Assembly: GCA_964291395.2 (NCBI GenBank)
Contig: OZ219856.1
Coordinates: 832,001 to 896,000 of the forward strand
From: Alphaproteobacteria bacterium
Lineage (GTDB): Bacteria; Pseudomonadota; Alphaproteobacteria; UBA2966
Direction: 5' to 3'
DNA length: 64,000 nt
Position 1 is the stretch's first letter; every line of letters begins with the position of its first letter. The notes beneath the pieces are model-generated. The model worked only from the letters and a program-made list of their open reading frames with translations. It ran no database searches and was not told the origin of the DNA. Positions 41,297 through 51,546 of the stretch are shown piece after piece. The translations under genes were made by a program, and so were the position numbers.

Positions 41297-42295
41297 ATGA
41301 ATGGCCCTGAAACCGGGGACGCGTTCCCTATGCTCCGAAAAGCGCATACCGGCCCCATCGCGTGGACGAACGATACCCTGGAAAGGGACGCGGGGATCAT
41401 TCCGATCACGGACGACTGCCGCGAGGAATTGCTGACGACCGCCTGCCTTCTCGAGGCCAACCCTCTGCCTCTCGTCGTTCTCAGACCGGATTACTTCGAC
41501 ATGCCGGCGTGCCGCAGGATGATGAAGGCGGCGCGCAACACGCTCGATCATGGAGTCGGGTTCGTCATCATCGATCGGCTGCCGATGGACGAACTGAGGC
41601 CGGAGTCCGCGACCAAGCTCTATTGGCTGCTCGGCAACATGGTCGCGCGTGCCGTCGCGCAGAAGTGGGACGGTACCATGATGTACGACGTTCGCGACAC
41701 CGGCAGGGAGATGACTCCGGGAAACGGCGTGCGTGCCTCAATCACTAACAAGGGTCAGCAGTTCCACACGGACAATAGCTTCAATCTTCCGCCGGAATAC
41801 GTGGGATTGCTTTGTATTCGGACGGCGAGGGAAGGCGGGCTAAGCGGGGTGGTCAGCTTTCAGACGGTTTACAACAGGCTGTTGGAGAGCTCTCCCGAAC
41901 TGCTTGAGCGCCTTTGTCACCCATTCTGGTTTGACCGCCAGCAGGAGCACGCCCCGGACGATCCCGACAAGGCCAGCAATTGGCCGGTGTTCAGTTACGA
42001 CGGGGAGCAGATTCGGACACGATTCTCGACTCGGTTGATCTACGGCGGGCATGAAATCGCTGATGAGCCGTTGGACGCTCTCGGCAGGGAGGCGGTCGAA
42101 GCCGTCGTTTCGATACTCGATGGGCCCGACATGCGCCGCGACTTCGAATTTCAACCCGGTCAGATTCAGATTCTGAACAATCGCGGGCTGGGCCATCGCC
42201 GTACCGGCTTCCGGGACTGGCCGGAGCCGGAGCGCCGGCGGCACCTGGTCCGGTTGTGGTTCCGAGATTCGGGTCGTCCCTTCTACGGCGGCTGA
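41297..42295 (+). CDS. TauD/TfdA-family Fe(II)/2OG dioxygenase (start uncertain)
   Basis: FHTDNS, LLC, NNRGLGHRRTGF, RRHLVRLW. Confidence 0.88.
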   Translation: MNGPETGDAFPMLRKAHTGPIAWTNDTLERDAGIIPITDDCREELLTTACLLEANPLPLVVLRPDYFDMPACRRMMKAARNTLDHGVGFVIIDRLPMDELRPESATKLYWLLGNMVARAVAQKWDGTMMYDVRDTGREMTPGNGVRASITNKGQQFHTDNSFNLPPEYVGLLCIRTAREGGLSGVVSFQTVYNRLLESSPELLERLCHPFWFDRQQEHAPDDPDKASNWPVFSYDGEQIRTRFSTRLIYGGHEIADEPLDALGREAVEAVVSILDGPDMRRDFEFQPGQIQILNNRGLGHRRTGFRDWPEPERRRHLVRLWFRDSGRPFYGG

Positions 42296-42327
42296 CGCTC
42301 CGCTCCGCGCCGGTTGCCGAGCCGTCG

Positions 42328-43812
42328 TCAGGCCGCGGCAGATTTGGCCGCGGCTTCTTCGGCGAGGAACGCATTGACGTCGTCCTCGACGATGGTCCCC
42401 TTGAAGAAGTTGGGGTTCATGCCGGCGTGCAGCGTCACGGGATTGGTAAACGTAAAGTCGCGGAATCCGGCTTCATCGGCGCGACCGTCTTCCACCATCT
42501 CCCATGCTTCGGCCAATACGTCTGCCATGTTCGAGACATCCCAATGCCCGTAGTCCGAGCCGAAGGTCGCCTTCAGACGCGTATCGAAGGGTATGCCATC
42601 CGGTCGTAGCGCGAGCGGAATCATGACGTCGTCGGCTTCACAGCCGAACCACAGACGGTCGGCGAACCGCGTGACGATATCCTCGGCCCTTTCAACCCCT
42701 GCCACCGAGAATTCGTCCAACAACCGCGAATCCGCCTTGTCGACGACGGCCGCGAACGACGTGGACGCATAGCCGAGCCGCTCGTCCGAGCCGTAGGTGC
42801 CGGCCAGTCGCTGGCCGCCGTATTCGTCGAACAGCTTGGCCATCAACTCGTGGTCGAGCGTCCGGGGATCGAGGCGCCTCAATCCCTCCCCGCCGCGCTT
42901 GTGATAGACCTCGACGAGGGTCGCGAACAACGTAATGGCCCAACCCACACCACCTTCAAGGATGGCGAAGTTGAGATCGGGGAAGCGGCGGGTCACGCCG
43001 CCGAAGAACAGGCCACGGGCAAACGTGGCGCCGGCCTCCGCGAAGTGGCCGATCTGATTGAACATGTAGGATGAGATGGAGCGGCGCCAACCGTGTCCTT
43101 GCACACGGGAGTGGGCGGTCGGCGCAATCCCGAGGTCCATGCAGGTTTGCCAGAAGGGGTCGTAGTCGTATTCGGAGTCGAGGGCGAGATTGTCCACCCA
43201 GTAGGCGCACTCGCCGCTGTCGCTGACACCGGGCGGTCCGGCTTTTATCGGGCGGAAGTTGAGGCTCGCGACCATCGCCGCTTTGAGGCCCAGCTCTTTG
43301 ACGACGAACTCGAGCTCGGCCGTCCCCTCTTCGGGCGTGTTCGTCGGAATTGCGGCGGCCGGGGTGAGGCGGTCTTTCACGTCGCTGAAGATGTCCGCCA
43401 TCATGGTGTTCTGGGCGCGGCAGCCGGCCTGCCGCAGCTCGTCGTCCAGTTCGTCAACCAGAAAGAAAGCATAGGTCGGATAGACGATGCTGAAGTCGAA
43501 ACCGAATTCGTCGAGCCGCTTGCGCAGCAACTTGGGAAGCATCGCCGTGGCCCGATCTTCGGTGTTCCGGGAGGGAAAGGCCCAGAACGGTGGACGCTGC
43601 AGACGATAGTCCTTCAACTGCTCTTCGCTGAGCGTGTACCACATGGTTTCACGGCTCGTGCGCATGCGTTCGGTGTACCGCGCCGCCAAGTCGGAACCGG
43701 CGACTTGTTTGAGGAAGTCGAGGAAAACCGGCATGTGCTCGATCATGTGGCCGTCACAGTCGACGACCGGGTGGTTGAGCCTGGCGCGAATCTCAGCCGA
43801 GGGTGCGGACAT
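42328..43812 (-). CDS. amidohydrolase_2 family metal-dependent hydrolase
   Basis: VVDCDGHMIE, YDPFW, FAILEGG, FGSDYGHWD. Confidence 0.88.
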   Translation of the reverse strand: MSAPSAEIRARLNHPVVDCDGHMIEHMPVFLDFLKQVAGSDLAARYTERMRTSRETMWYTLSEEQLKDYRLQRPPFWAFPSRNTEDRATAMLPKLLRKRLDEFGFDFSIVYPTYAFFLVDELDDELRQAGCRAQNTMMADIFSDVKDRLTPAAAIPTNTPEEGTAELEFVVKELGLKAAMVASLNFRPIKAGPPGVSDSGECAYWVDNLALDSEYDYDPFWQTCMDLGIAPTAHSRVQGHGWRRSISSYMFNQIGHFAEAGATFARGLFFGGVTRRFPDLNFAILEGGVGWAITLFATLVEVYHKRGGEGLRRLDPRTLDHELMAKLFDEYGGQRLAGTYGSDERLGYASTSFAAVVDKADSRLLDEFSVAGVERAEDIVTRFADRLWFGCEADDVMIPLALRPDGIPFDTRLKATFGSDYGHWDVSNMADVLAEAWEMVEDGRADEAGFRDFTFTNPVTLHAGMNPNFFKGTIVEDDVNAFLAEEAAAKSAAA

Positions 43813-43979
43813 CGCGAAGTCTCCGGCGCTTGCCACGATTTGCCAATTGATGGGGAGAGGATATCGCCATGACCCTTGCGCGGCAATTTCGGTCGCGTTG
43901 GCGCGAGCGCAGCAGCGCATGGTAAAAGCGGGCGGGCGGGAATGATGATCGCAGTCGTCGGGTAGACGGGAGCACTGCA

Positions 43980-45215
43980 GTGACCGTGGCCGTGAAGCAA
44001 GGAGATGCGCGGCTGATCGGACCCCTCTCGGGTGTTCGCGCCGTCGAGATGGGTCAGCTATTGGCCGGACCGTTCGTCGGCGCGCGCATCGCGGACTTCG
44101 GTGCCGAGGTGATCAAGGTGGAGACGCCGGGCACTGGAGATCCAATGCGCAATTGGGGTCAGCGCCGTCATCGCGGCCGCTCGTTGTGGTGGCCGGTGCT
44201 CGCCCGCAACAAGAAATCGGTGACCGCGAACCTGCGGGATGAACGGGGACAGGACTTGGTCCGGCGCCTCTGCGCGAAAGCGGATGTGCTGATCGAGAAT
44301 TTCAAGCCGGGGACGCTGGAGAAATGGGGTCTCGGTCCGGAAGAGCTTCAACGGATCACCCCGCGTCTGGTCGTGGTCAGGGTTTCAGGCTTCGGCCAGA
44401 CCGGGCCTTACGCGAGCCGTCCCGGTTTCGCCAGCGTTGGCGAGGCCATGGGCGGGCTCCGTTACATCAACGGCTATCCGGACCAGCCGCCACCGCGCTG
44501 CGGTATCTCGCTCGGGGATACCCTCACGGGCATGTTCGCCGTGCAGGGTCTGCTCATGGCGCTCTATTGGCGGGATGCTTTGGGGGGCGGCAAGGGGCAG
44601 ATTGTCGACGCGGCGATAAGCGAATCCTGTTTCACGATGATGGAGAGCTCGCTGCCCGAATACGATGCATTCGGCATCGTGCGTCAGCCGAGCGGGACCG
44701 GCCTCGCCAAGATCGCTCCCTCCAACATCTACCCGACCAGCGATGGCAAATGGGTGGTGGTCGCAGCGAATCTGGACCCACTGTTTCGGCGGTTGTCCGT
44801 GGCCATGGGAAAACCCGAGTGGGCGGACGATCCGCGATTCAAGACGCACGAGGCTCGGGGGGAGCATCAGGAAGAGCTCGACGGCATGATCGCGGATTGG
44901 ACGAAAACCAAGACGGCCGAAGAGCTCGACACCCTGCTCAACGAACACGGTGTGGTCTGTGGACCGATCCACACGATTGCCGATATCGCCAAGGACCCGC
45001 AGTTCTTGGATCGCGGCATGGTGCGCCGTTTCGATGACGAACTGCTCGGCGACATCGCCATACCCGGCATCGCGCCGCGTTTGACGGAGACGGAGAGTGA
45101 CATCGCCTGGTTGGGCCCGCCGGAACCGGGCTACCATAACGAAGAGATCTACGGCGGGTTGCTCGGCCTGAATGACGGCGAGTTGTCGGACCTTCGCGAT
45201 GAGGGGATCATCTAG
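43980..45215 (+). CDS. CaiB/BaiF class III CoA-transferase
   Basis: AGPF, GAEVIKVE, RNKKS, ENFKPG, SGFGQTGP. Confidence 0.93.
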   Translation: MTVAVKQGDARLIGPLSGVRAVEMGQLLAGPFVGARIADFGAEVIKVETPGTGDPMRNWGQRRHRGRSLWWPVLARNKKSVTANLRDERGQDLVRRLCAKADVLIENFKPGTLEKWGLGPEELQRITPRLVVVRVSGFGQTGPYASRPGFASVGEAMGGLRYINGYPDQPPPRCGISLGDTLTGMFAVQGLLMALYWRDALGGGKGQIVDAAISESCFTMMESSLPEYDAFGIVRQPSGTGLAKIAPSNIYPTSDGKWVVVAANLDPLFRRLSVAMGKPEWADDPRFKTHEARGEHQEELDGMIADWTKTKTAEELDTLLNEHGVVCGPIHTIADIAKDPQFLDRGMVRRFDDELLGDIAIPGIAPRLTETESDIAWLGPPEPGYHNEEIYGGLLGLNDGELSDLRDEGII

Positions 45216-45218
45216 GCC

Positions 45219-46145
45219 ATGACCACGATCGATATCTGCGAGGTGGGGCCACGGGACGGCCTGCAGAGCGAACCGCGAATCTGGAGTGTCGATGAGCGGG
45301 TCGAACTCATCGACCGGCTCAGCACGACGGGTGTCAAGCGGATCGAGGCGGTCAGCTTCGTCAATCCTAAGCGCGTGCCGCAAATGGCTGCCGCCGAGGA
45401 CGTGATGGCTGGCGTCAAGAGACCGGACGGCGTGACGTTCGTCGGTCTCGCCCTCAACCTCCGTGGCGTGGAGCGCGCCATCGGTGCCGGTGTCGACGAG
45501 GTCCGCTACGTGGTCGTGGCGAGCGAGACCTTCAATCGGAAGAACCAGGGATCGAGTATCGACGACACCCTTCGGAGCTACCGCGACATGGCGGGAAGCG
45601 TGACGGCGGCGGGTCTGCGATTGTCTGCCGTGGTTGCCGCGGCATTCGGTTGCCCGTTTGAAGGCGAGGTCGCCTTGAGCAAGGTGACGGACCTCGCCCG
45701 CGTACTGGTCGGCGAGGGCGCACAGGACATTTATCTCGCCGATACGATCGGTGCCGCCGTCCCCAATCAGATTGCGGAAGGTATTGCGGCGACGCGCGAC
45801 GTTGTCGGCGGCGCGGTGACGCTGGGATGTCATCTTCACAACACGCGCAATACGGGCTTCGCCAACGCGGTTGCGGCCGTTCAGGCGGGCGTCCGGCTGC
45901 TCGACTCATCCGTGGGCGGCATCGGAGGCTGTCCGTTTGCGCCGAGGGCAACCGGCAATATCGCCACCGAGGATCTCTGCTTCCTTCTGCGCAACATGGG
46001 TTATGAGACCGGCGTCGACGTCGGTGCCGTCATCGAGGTCGCCCGGTGGGCGGAAACCTCTTTCGACGCTCCCCTTCCCGGCCAGGTCATGAAGGCGGGA
46101 CTGTTTCCGGAAAGCGCCAAGCTCCTGCAAGACGCCGCGGAGTGA
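45219..46145 (+). CDS. hydroxymethylglutaryl-CoA lyase family protein
   Basis: EVGPRDGLQ, HLHNT, GGCPFAPRATGN. Confidence 0.92.
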   Translation: MTTIDICEVGPRDGLQSEPRIWSVDERVELIDRLSTTGVKRIEAVSFVNPKRVPQMAAAEDVMAGVKRPDGVTFVGLALNLRGVERAIGAGVDEVRYVVVASETFNRKNQGSSIDDTLRSYRDMAGSVTAAGLRLSAVVAAAFGCPFEGEVALSKVTDLARVLVGEGAQDIYLADTIGAAVPNQIAEGIAATRDVVGGAVTLGCHLHNTRNTGFANAVAAVQAGVRLLDSSVGGIGGCPFAPRATGNIATEDLCFLLRNMGYETGVDVGAVIEVARWAETSFDAPLPGQVMKAGLFPESAKLLQDAAE

Positions 46146-46251
46146 ACCTTTCGATGGTCTTCTCACGGGGCGCCGAGTAAGGAAATCGGCGTCGGACCCC
46201 CGCATTTGTCGTTTGTCCGGCACCTTACTCTCCCCGCTCATTCGTCGATGC

Positions 46252-46788
46252 TCAGGGGGGTCCCAGCATGGCAGCGCATCTTGCAAGTGCGGCATCGACC
46301 GCACGTGCGTAGGCAAGCTCCTCCGGGCTGGCGGGGGAGGAAGGAACGGAAGCTGACCGGCTGGTGCCGAAACTGAACGACATGCCGCCCGCGCTTCCTG
46401 CCGTCGGAGTTCCGCCGCCTCCGACGCGCGCACTGCCGAACTGTGCCTTGGTGACTTCGCCTTCGTCGATCACCAGCTTACAGAGCACGATAATCTCGTC
46501 GCCCTCGCGGCGGCGGTCGATCACGTCGTAGCGCCAGCCGTCGCCGTAACGTTCGTTCAAGGTCCTGACGGTTTCGGAATCGGCGCTATCGGGTTCCGGG
46601 GCCCGTCGGGCCGAAGGCGGTGATGTTGCGGGTGGCTCGGTCGCAGGAGGCGGCGGGGGCGGGTCCGTGAAGGATGGCGCTCCAGCCGTGGATGCCGGTC
46701 CCGGGTAAAGCGCATCCAACTCGCGCCGGTTCCTTGCGAGCATCTCGTCGAATGCCGCCGTCGAACTCGTTCGTTTGTTGGTCGTCAT
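46252..46788 (-). CDS. hypothetical protein with a Rad52/Rad22-like domain
   Basis: LNERYGDGWRYDV...VLCKLVID...KAQFGSAR...AVDAALARCAAML. Homologous to the N-terminal extension of 54444..56750. Confidence 0.75.
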   Translation of the reverse strand: MTTNKRTSSTAAFDEMLARNRRELDALYPGPASTAGAPSFTDPPPPPPATEPPATSPPSARRAPEPDSADSETVRTLNERYGDGWRYDVIDRRREGDEIIVLCKLVIDEGEVTKAQFGSARVGGGGTPTAGSAGGMSFSFGTSRSASVPSSPASPEELAYARAVDAALARCAAMLGPP

Positions 46789-46798
46789 GGCCGAGTCC

Positions 46799-47512
46799 TC
46801 AGCCGTGCAGGCTCGGACCCTGATTCCACCAGCGCTGGAACTCCTCGTTCGCGCGGCCCCTGTGACCGTTCCCGGCCTCGAGCGACTTCAGGTACTGGAG
46901 GACATCGCTGATGGGCACGACATCACCGTATTTGGCGTCGATGTCTAACAGGTTCGCCTCGTGCGGTCCCTGCGCCCGGTCGCCGACGCCGTCGCGCACG
47001 ACGATGGTGTGATAGCCGCATTGCAGCGAGTCTATGGCCGACGCACGGATGCAGCCGCTGGTCGTGCAGCCGGTCATGACGACGGTATCCACACCGTGAG
47101 AGCGGAGGTAGGTGTCGACGTTGGTTTGAAAGAAGGCGCTGGCGTACTTTTTGACGGAGACGAGTTCGCCAGTCTGGGGACGGATCCGATCATCAACCTG
47201 GGTGGTCGGCGATCCTTTCACCAGAATCCCGAGTGACGGGATCTTCTTGATGAATAGTCCCGCGTCCCGGTAATCGTGCTCGTACTCGATGACCGTAAAG
47301 GCGATGGGCAACTGCGCGCCGCGGAACTCTTCGAGCAGTTGTGCCGTCACCGCCAGTTCCTTGGAGAAATCGCCTCCGAGCGGAGATGACGGATCGGTGA
47401 ATCCGTTGATGAAATCGACGATCAACAGTGCCGGGCGGGAGCCGTATCCTGAACGGTCCGCGAAGCCTTTGTCCCGATATTGCTTGAGCGTTTCGTCTCG
47501 CCAGTCGTTCAT
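46799..47512 (-). CDS. isochorismatase-family cysteine hydrolase (N-carbamoylsarcosine/maleamate amidase-like)
   Basis: PALLIVDF, KKYASAF, GCTTSGCIRAS, DIDAKY. Confidence 0.9.
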   Translation of the reverse strand: MNDWRDETLKQYRDKGFADRSGYGSRPALLIVDFINGFTDPSSPLGGDFSKELAVTAQLLEEFRGAQLPIAFTVIEYEHDYRDAGLFIKKIPSLGILVKGSPTTQVDDRIRPQTGELVSVKKYASAFFQTNVDTYLRSHGVDTVVMTGCTTSGCIRASAIDSLQCGYHTIVVRDGVGDRAQGPHEANLLDIDAKYGDVVPISDVLQYLKSLEAGNGHRGRANEEFQRWWNQGPSLHG

Positions 47513-47719
47513 AATTCTTCCCTCTGCAACGACACAGTCTAGCGCACGAGGTCACGATCAACGAGGGCGGGGACGCGGCGCGCTTGATCTGCAATTGCCG
47601 TCTCTGTATCAACGAGCCAGAGGGAGGACGATGAAGGTACGGGCGCCGGGACCGCCACCCGGAAAGGGGTTGCCGGCCGTCGGTTCTCCCGCGCGACTTC
47701 TGGACGGGAGGCTCAGCCC

Positions 47720-48775
47720 ATGAATACCCCCTACGGAGGTTCTCGAGGCGCCGGTGTGGCGGGCGGGTCGGCCACGGGTCCAGCCTATCGACCGACACCC
47801 CTCGTATCGGGACCGGGCTCGCGCTCGACGACGAGCATCGGGCGTGCGTCGCTGTCTCGCGCGGGCGGCGAGAAGGAAATCTTCTGCGCTTTCGGGATCG
47901 ACGTCGATGCGGTCGCCGGTTGGCTGGGGTCCTATGGAGGTCAGGACTCGCCTTGCGATATCTCCCGGGGCCTGTTCGCCGGCGAAGTCGGCGTGCCGCG
48001 CCTGGTCCGGCTGTTCGACAAGTTGGGTATCCGCACGTCATGGTTCATTCCGGGTCACTCGATCGAGACGTTTCCGGAGCAATGCAAGATGGTTGTCGAT
48101 GCCGGCCATGAGATCGGCATGCACGGCTATTCGCACGAGAATCCAATCGCCATGACGCGGGAGCAGGAGGAGGCGGTTCTCGACAAATGCATCGACCTGA
48201 TCGAGCGGCTTTCGGGTCGGCGCCCGACCGGATACGTGGCGCCGTGGTGGGAGTTCAGCCCCGTGACCAACGAGCTGCTGCTCAGCAGAGGCATCAAGTA
48301 TGACCACAGCCTTATGAACGACGATTTTCATCCCTTTTATGTTCGGGTGGGGGACAGCTGGACGCCGATCGATTACTCCAAGCACCCGAACGAGTGGATG
48401 AAGCCATTGGTTCGTGGTGAAGAGACGGATCTCATCGATATTCCCGGCAGTTGGTATCTCGACGACCTGCCGCCCATGATGTTCATCAAGAGCGCACCGA
48501 ACAGCTTCGGCTGGGTCAAGCCGCGCGATGTGGAGGAGTTGTGGCGCGACCAGTTCGACTGGGTCTACCGCGAGTATGACTACGCGGTCTTCACGATGAC
48601 GATTCATCCCGACGTTTCGGGTCGGCCGCAGGTCCTGCTCATGCTGGAGCGGGTCTACGAATATCTCAGCGGCCATTCGGGCGTGCGGTTCCGCACCTTC
48701 GATGAAATTGCGGACGATTTCCGAAAGCGCCATCCCAGGAACGCGGGCGCGGGAGCCGCGGCGGCGGCGGAGTAG
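47720..48775 (+). CDS. polysaccharide deacetylase family protein (PuuE/HP0310-like)
   Basis: [36 protein letters not shown]. Confidence 0.9.
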   Translation: MNTPYGGSRGAGVAGGSATGPAYRPTPLVSGPGSRSTTSIGRASLSRAGGEKEIFCAFGIDVDAVAGWLGSYGGQDSPCDISRGLFAGEVGVPRLVRLFDKLGIRTSWFIPGHSIETFPEQCKMVVDAGHEIGMHGYSHENPIAMTREQEEAVLDKCIDLIERLSGRRPTGYVAPWWEFSPVTNELLLSRGIKYDHSLMNDDFHPFYVRVGDSWTPIDYSKHPNEWMKPLVRGEETDLIDIPGSWYLDDLPPMMFIKSAPNSFGWVKPRDVEELWRDQFDWVYREYDYAVFTMTIHPDVSGRPQVLLMLERVYEYLSGHSGVRFRTFDEIADDFRKRHPRNAGAGAAAAAE

Positions 48776-48783
48776 TGCGTGCG

Positions 48784-49119
48784 GTGTGTGGCTTGTGCGG
48801 CATGCTGGGTGGGCCGGGTCACTGGACAGAGACGGCGACGAACGCGGAAGCTTTTCAAGGGCGTGCAAGGTCTCATACCTGGCACCGCGAGCGACAGGAC
48901 CGTGTGCGGCTCGTCAACAGGGTTCTGAGGCACTATGGGTTCAATTTGAGTGATTGGGCGGCGACGTCGTTCGTGCTGCGTAGCCACACCGGCCAGACGA
49001 GTTTGGTCGACAATCTGACCGAGGTTTGGGCGGCGGCGGAGGCGCTCAGCAAGCGGGACTGTGACCCGCTGGACGAAGATCTTTTGACCGCACTGTCCGA
49101 AGACGAAGCGGCGGGATGA
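48784..49119 (+). CDS. small CxxC hypothetical protein
   Basis: CGLCG...HW...CDPLD. Tightly spaced between the deacetylase and the CobW gene. Confidence 0.75.
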   Translation: MCGLCGMLGGPGHWTETATNAEAFQGRARSHTWHRERQDRVRLVNRVLRHYGFNLSDWAATSFVLRSHTGQTSLVDNLTEVWAAAEALSKRDCDPLDEDLLTALSEDEAAG

Positions 49120-50213
49120 CCGACTACGCCGCGCTCATTCCCGTCAACGTGGTCACCGGGTTCCTCGGCAGCGGCAAGACGACCCTGCTGCAGAAGCTTC
49201 TTGCCTCGCCCCGGCTCAAGGATACGGCGGTGTTGGTCAACGAGTTCGGTGAGGTGGGTCTGGACCATCATCTGTTGGAGAACGTCTCCGAAGGCGCGTT
49301 GCTGCTGGAGAACGGCTGCGTTTGCTGTGCGCTGCGCGAGGATCTCCGGGAGTCCTTGCGCGACCTCTTCTCCCGCCGCGAGCGGGGAGTGATTCCGGAA
49401 TTCCGCCGTGTGGTCATCGAGACCTCGGGCCTCGCGGATCCCGTTCCCATCGCCTACACCGTGCTCACTGAACCGGTGATTCAACATCACTTTCGCCTTG
49501 GCAACATCGTTGCTACCGTCGATGCGTTGAACGGTCGCACGCAACTCGATCGGAACCCCGAATCACTCAAACAAGCGGCCGTGGCCGACCGCCTGATCCT
49601 GACCAAGACCGATCTGGCACCGGCGGGTCAGGTAAATGCGCTGCGCACTGAGCTCCGCCGCCTGAACGGCAGTGCCGTTCTCGTCGATTCGAATGTCGAA
49701 TATCCCGATCCCGAACGCTTGCTCATGGACGACGCCTTCGACCGGGAAGGCCGCGACCGGGACGTCGATCGCTGGTTGCAAGACCGCGTGTCGGGAATGG
49801 AGCCTTCGGAGCATCCGCACGGCTTGCAGGCCCACGACGGAACGTATTCCTTCTCCGTTCGGGTCGATACGCCGCTCGATTGGAGCGCCTTCGGCGTATG
49901 GATGACCATGCTACTCAACCGGCATGGCGACAAGGTATTGCGCATCAAGGGACTACTGAACGTTGCGGGCGTCGCCGCACCGGTGCTCATCAACGGCGTG
50001 CAGCACGTCGTGCATCCTCCCGTGCATCTCGAACGCTGGCCGGACGCGGACCACAGCAGCCGAATCGTCTTCGTCGTGCAGGGTCTATCGCGGGAACGTA
50101 TAGAGGTGTCCCTGAAGGTGTTCAACGCGCTCGCCAATCCCGCGGCGGCGTCTGAGAGCGTGCCGCCGGTCAAGGATCAGACGGCGTTGGAAACAGCTCC
50201 ATCTCGACCGTAG
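49116..50213 (+). CDS. CobW/COG0523 metallochaperone GTPase
   Basis: GFLGSGKTT, NEFGE, GCVCC, ETSGLADP, LRIKG. Confidence 0.93.
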   Translation: MTDYAALIPVNVVTGFLGSGKTTLLQKLLASPRLKDTAVLVNEFGEVGLDHHLLENVSEGALLLENGCVCCALREDLRESLRDLFSRRERGVIPEFRRVVIETSGLADPVPIAYTVLTEPVIQHHFRLGNIVATVDALNGRTQLDRNPESLKQAAVADRLILTKTDLAPAGQVNALRTELRRLNGSAVLVDSNVEYPDPERLLMDDAFDREGRDRDVDRWLQDRVSGMEPSEHPHGLQAHDGTYSFSVRVDTPLDWSAFGVWMTMLLNRHGDKVLRIKGLLNVAGVAAPVLINGVQHVVHPPVHLERWPDADHSSRIVFVVQGLSRERIEVSLKVFNALANPAAASESVPPVKDQTALETAPSRP

Positions 50214-51439
50214 CCGCGCAGCGCGATCACCAGCGAGACGGTCGCGGCAAGACAGTAAAGCGCCATCAAGGCGCATATGTTCCCTACTGAAACGCCGGCA
50301 TCCATAGGCGCTCCCATGGCCAGCGGCCCCAGGGCGGACGAGAAAACGGAGATCGAGGTCGCCAGGGAGCGGATAGCGCCAAAGTGGCGCACCCCGTAAA
50401 CCTCGGCCCACAACGAGGTGAGTGCCGTGAAGTTGACGCCCACCGTCAGGCCAAGGAGAAGAAGGTAGGGCAGGGCCCACAGATAATGGTCGAATGCCCA
50501 GACGATGAATAAGGCGAGCAGCATCGAAATCAAGGAGCCGGGTAATATCTGCGCGGCCGAGAGGCGATCGATCAGCGGACCTGCGGTGAGGGACGCGGCG
50601 ACGGATCCCGCGGCGTAGATCCAGTAGCTGCCGGCGACCCAGTCAATCCCCCATTCCTTGGCGCGGGCGAGCTCCGGATGATGAAAGAAGAGGGCGGTGA
50701 CGATGATCGATGGTGCCACCATTGCCGGCACCATGAGATAGAAACGCCAATCGCGGAGGACCTGTGCCCTGGTCCACGAGCCTTCGGATGCACGCACCGT
50801 GGCGCTTTCCGTGGTCGACGTCTCATGCGGCGAGAGGTCTTCCTGTCTGCGTCCAAGCAACCACCAGGCCAGGGGCGTCACGACCAGCGCGAGTACGGCG
50901 GCGGATGCGGCGAAGGTGATGCGCCAGCCCACCGCCGCGATGGTCAGCACGGCGAGAAAAGGCAGCAGCGATCCACCCGCCGAGAAGCCGAGAGCGGCGA
51001 ACGCAACCGCCTTTCCGCGATCGGCCCGGAAACCGCGAGCCACCGCCGTGGTGCCGGTGTGTATCGCCAGTCCTTGCCCTGCTTGGCGCAACAGGAGTAT
51101 GGCGACGATCAGAAACACGGCCGATGGTACCAACGCCATGAATGCCGCTGCCGCGACGAGGCCGGCGCACACGAGCATGGTGTATCGTCGCAGCGTTATC
51201 CGATCGATCTGCTGTCCGGTCCACGGTAACAGCAGGGCACTCAACAGCGTTCCCGCCATATAGATGGACCCCCACGCCGTGTGGCTGAGGCCGAACTCAT
51301 CCTGGATTGCCGGTCCGAAGACTCCGATGAAATAGGTCTGACCCACGCTCGATGCGAAGGCCATGATGAAACCGAAGGCCAGGACACGCGTGTTGTCCGT
51401 GCTGGCGAGAGCGAAGCGCAGATAACTGGCAAATGGCAT
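50177..51439 (-). CDS. MFS transporter
   Basis: About 12 hydrophobic helices; GQTYFIG; AEVYGVRHFGAIRS. Confidence 0.9.
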   Translation of the reverse strand: MPFASYLRFALASTDNTRVLAFGFIMAFASSVGQTYFIGVFGPAIQDEFGLSHTAWGSIYMAGTLLSALLLPWTGQQIDRITLRRYTMLVCAGLVAAAAFMALVPSAVFLIVAILLLRQAGQGLAIHTGTTAVARGFRADRGKAVAFAALGFSAGGSLLPFLAVLTIAAVGWRITFAASAAVLALVVTPLAWWLLGRRQEDLSPHETSTTESATVRASEGSWTRAQVLRDWRFYLMVPAMVAPSIIVTALFFHHPELARAKEWGIDWVAGSYWIYAAGSVAASLTAGPLIDRLSAAQILPGSLISMLLALFIVWAFDHYLWALPYLLLLGLTVGVNFTALTSLWAEVYGVRHFGAIRSLATSISVFSSALGPLAMGAPMDAGVSVGNICALMALYCLAATVSLVIALRGYGRDGAVSNAV

Positions 51440-51546
51440 CGTTTATCGGAAGGTCGGTAGGGCGCCGCGAGGGCAAGGGCACGGATCGTGCGCATGGGGT
51501 GGCACGGATGGGCCTCCCGTCCACGACGAGAGAAATCCTTCAGGGT

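Noticed and set aside
46252-46788. Prophage recombination module (Sak/Rad52 annealase)
   Set aside because: No phage, exonuclease or SSB genes are nearby. The gene is coupled to an amidase and its paralogous domain is fused to a metabolic enzyme.
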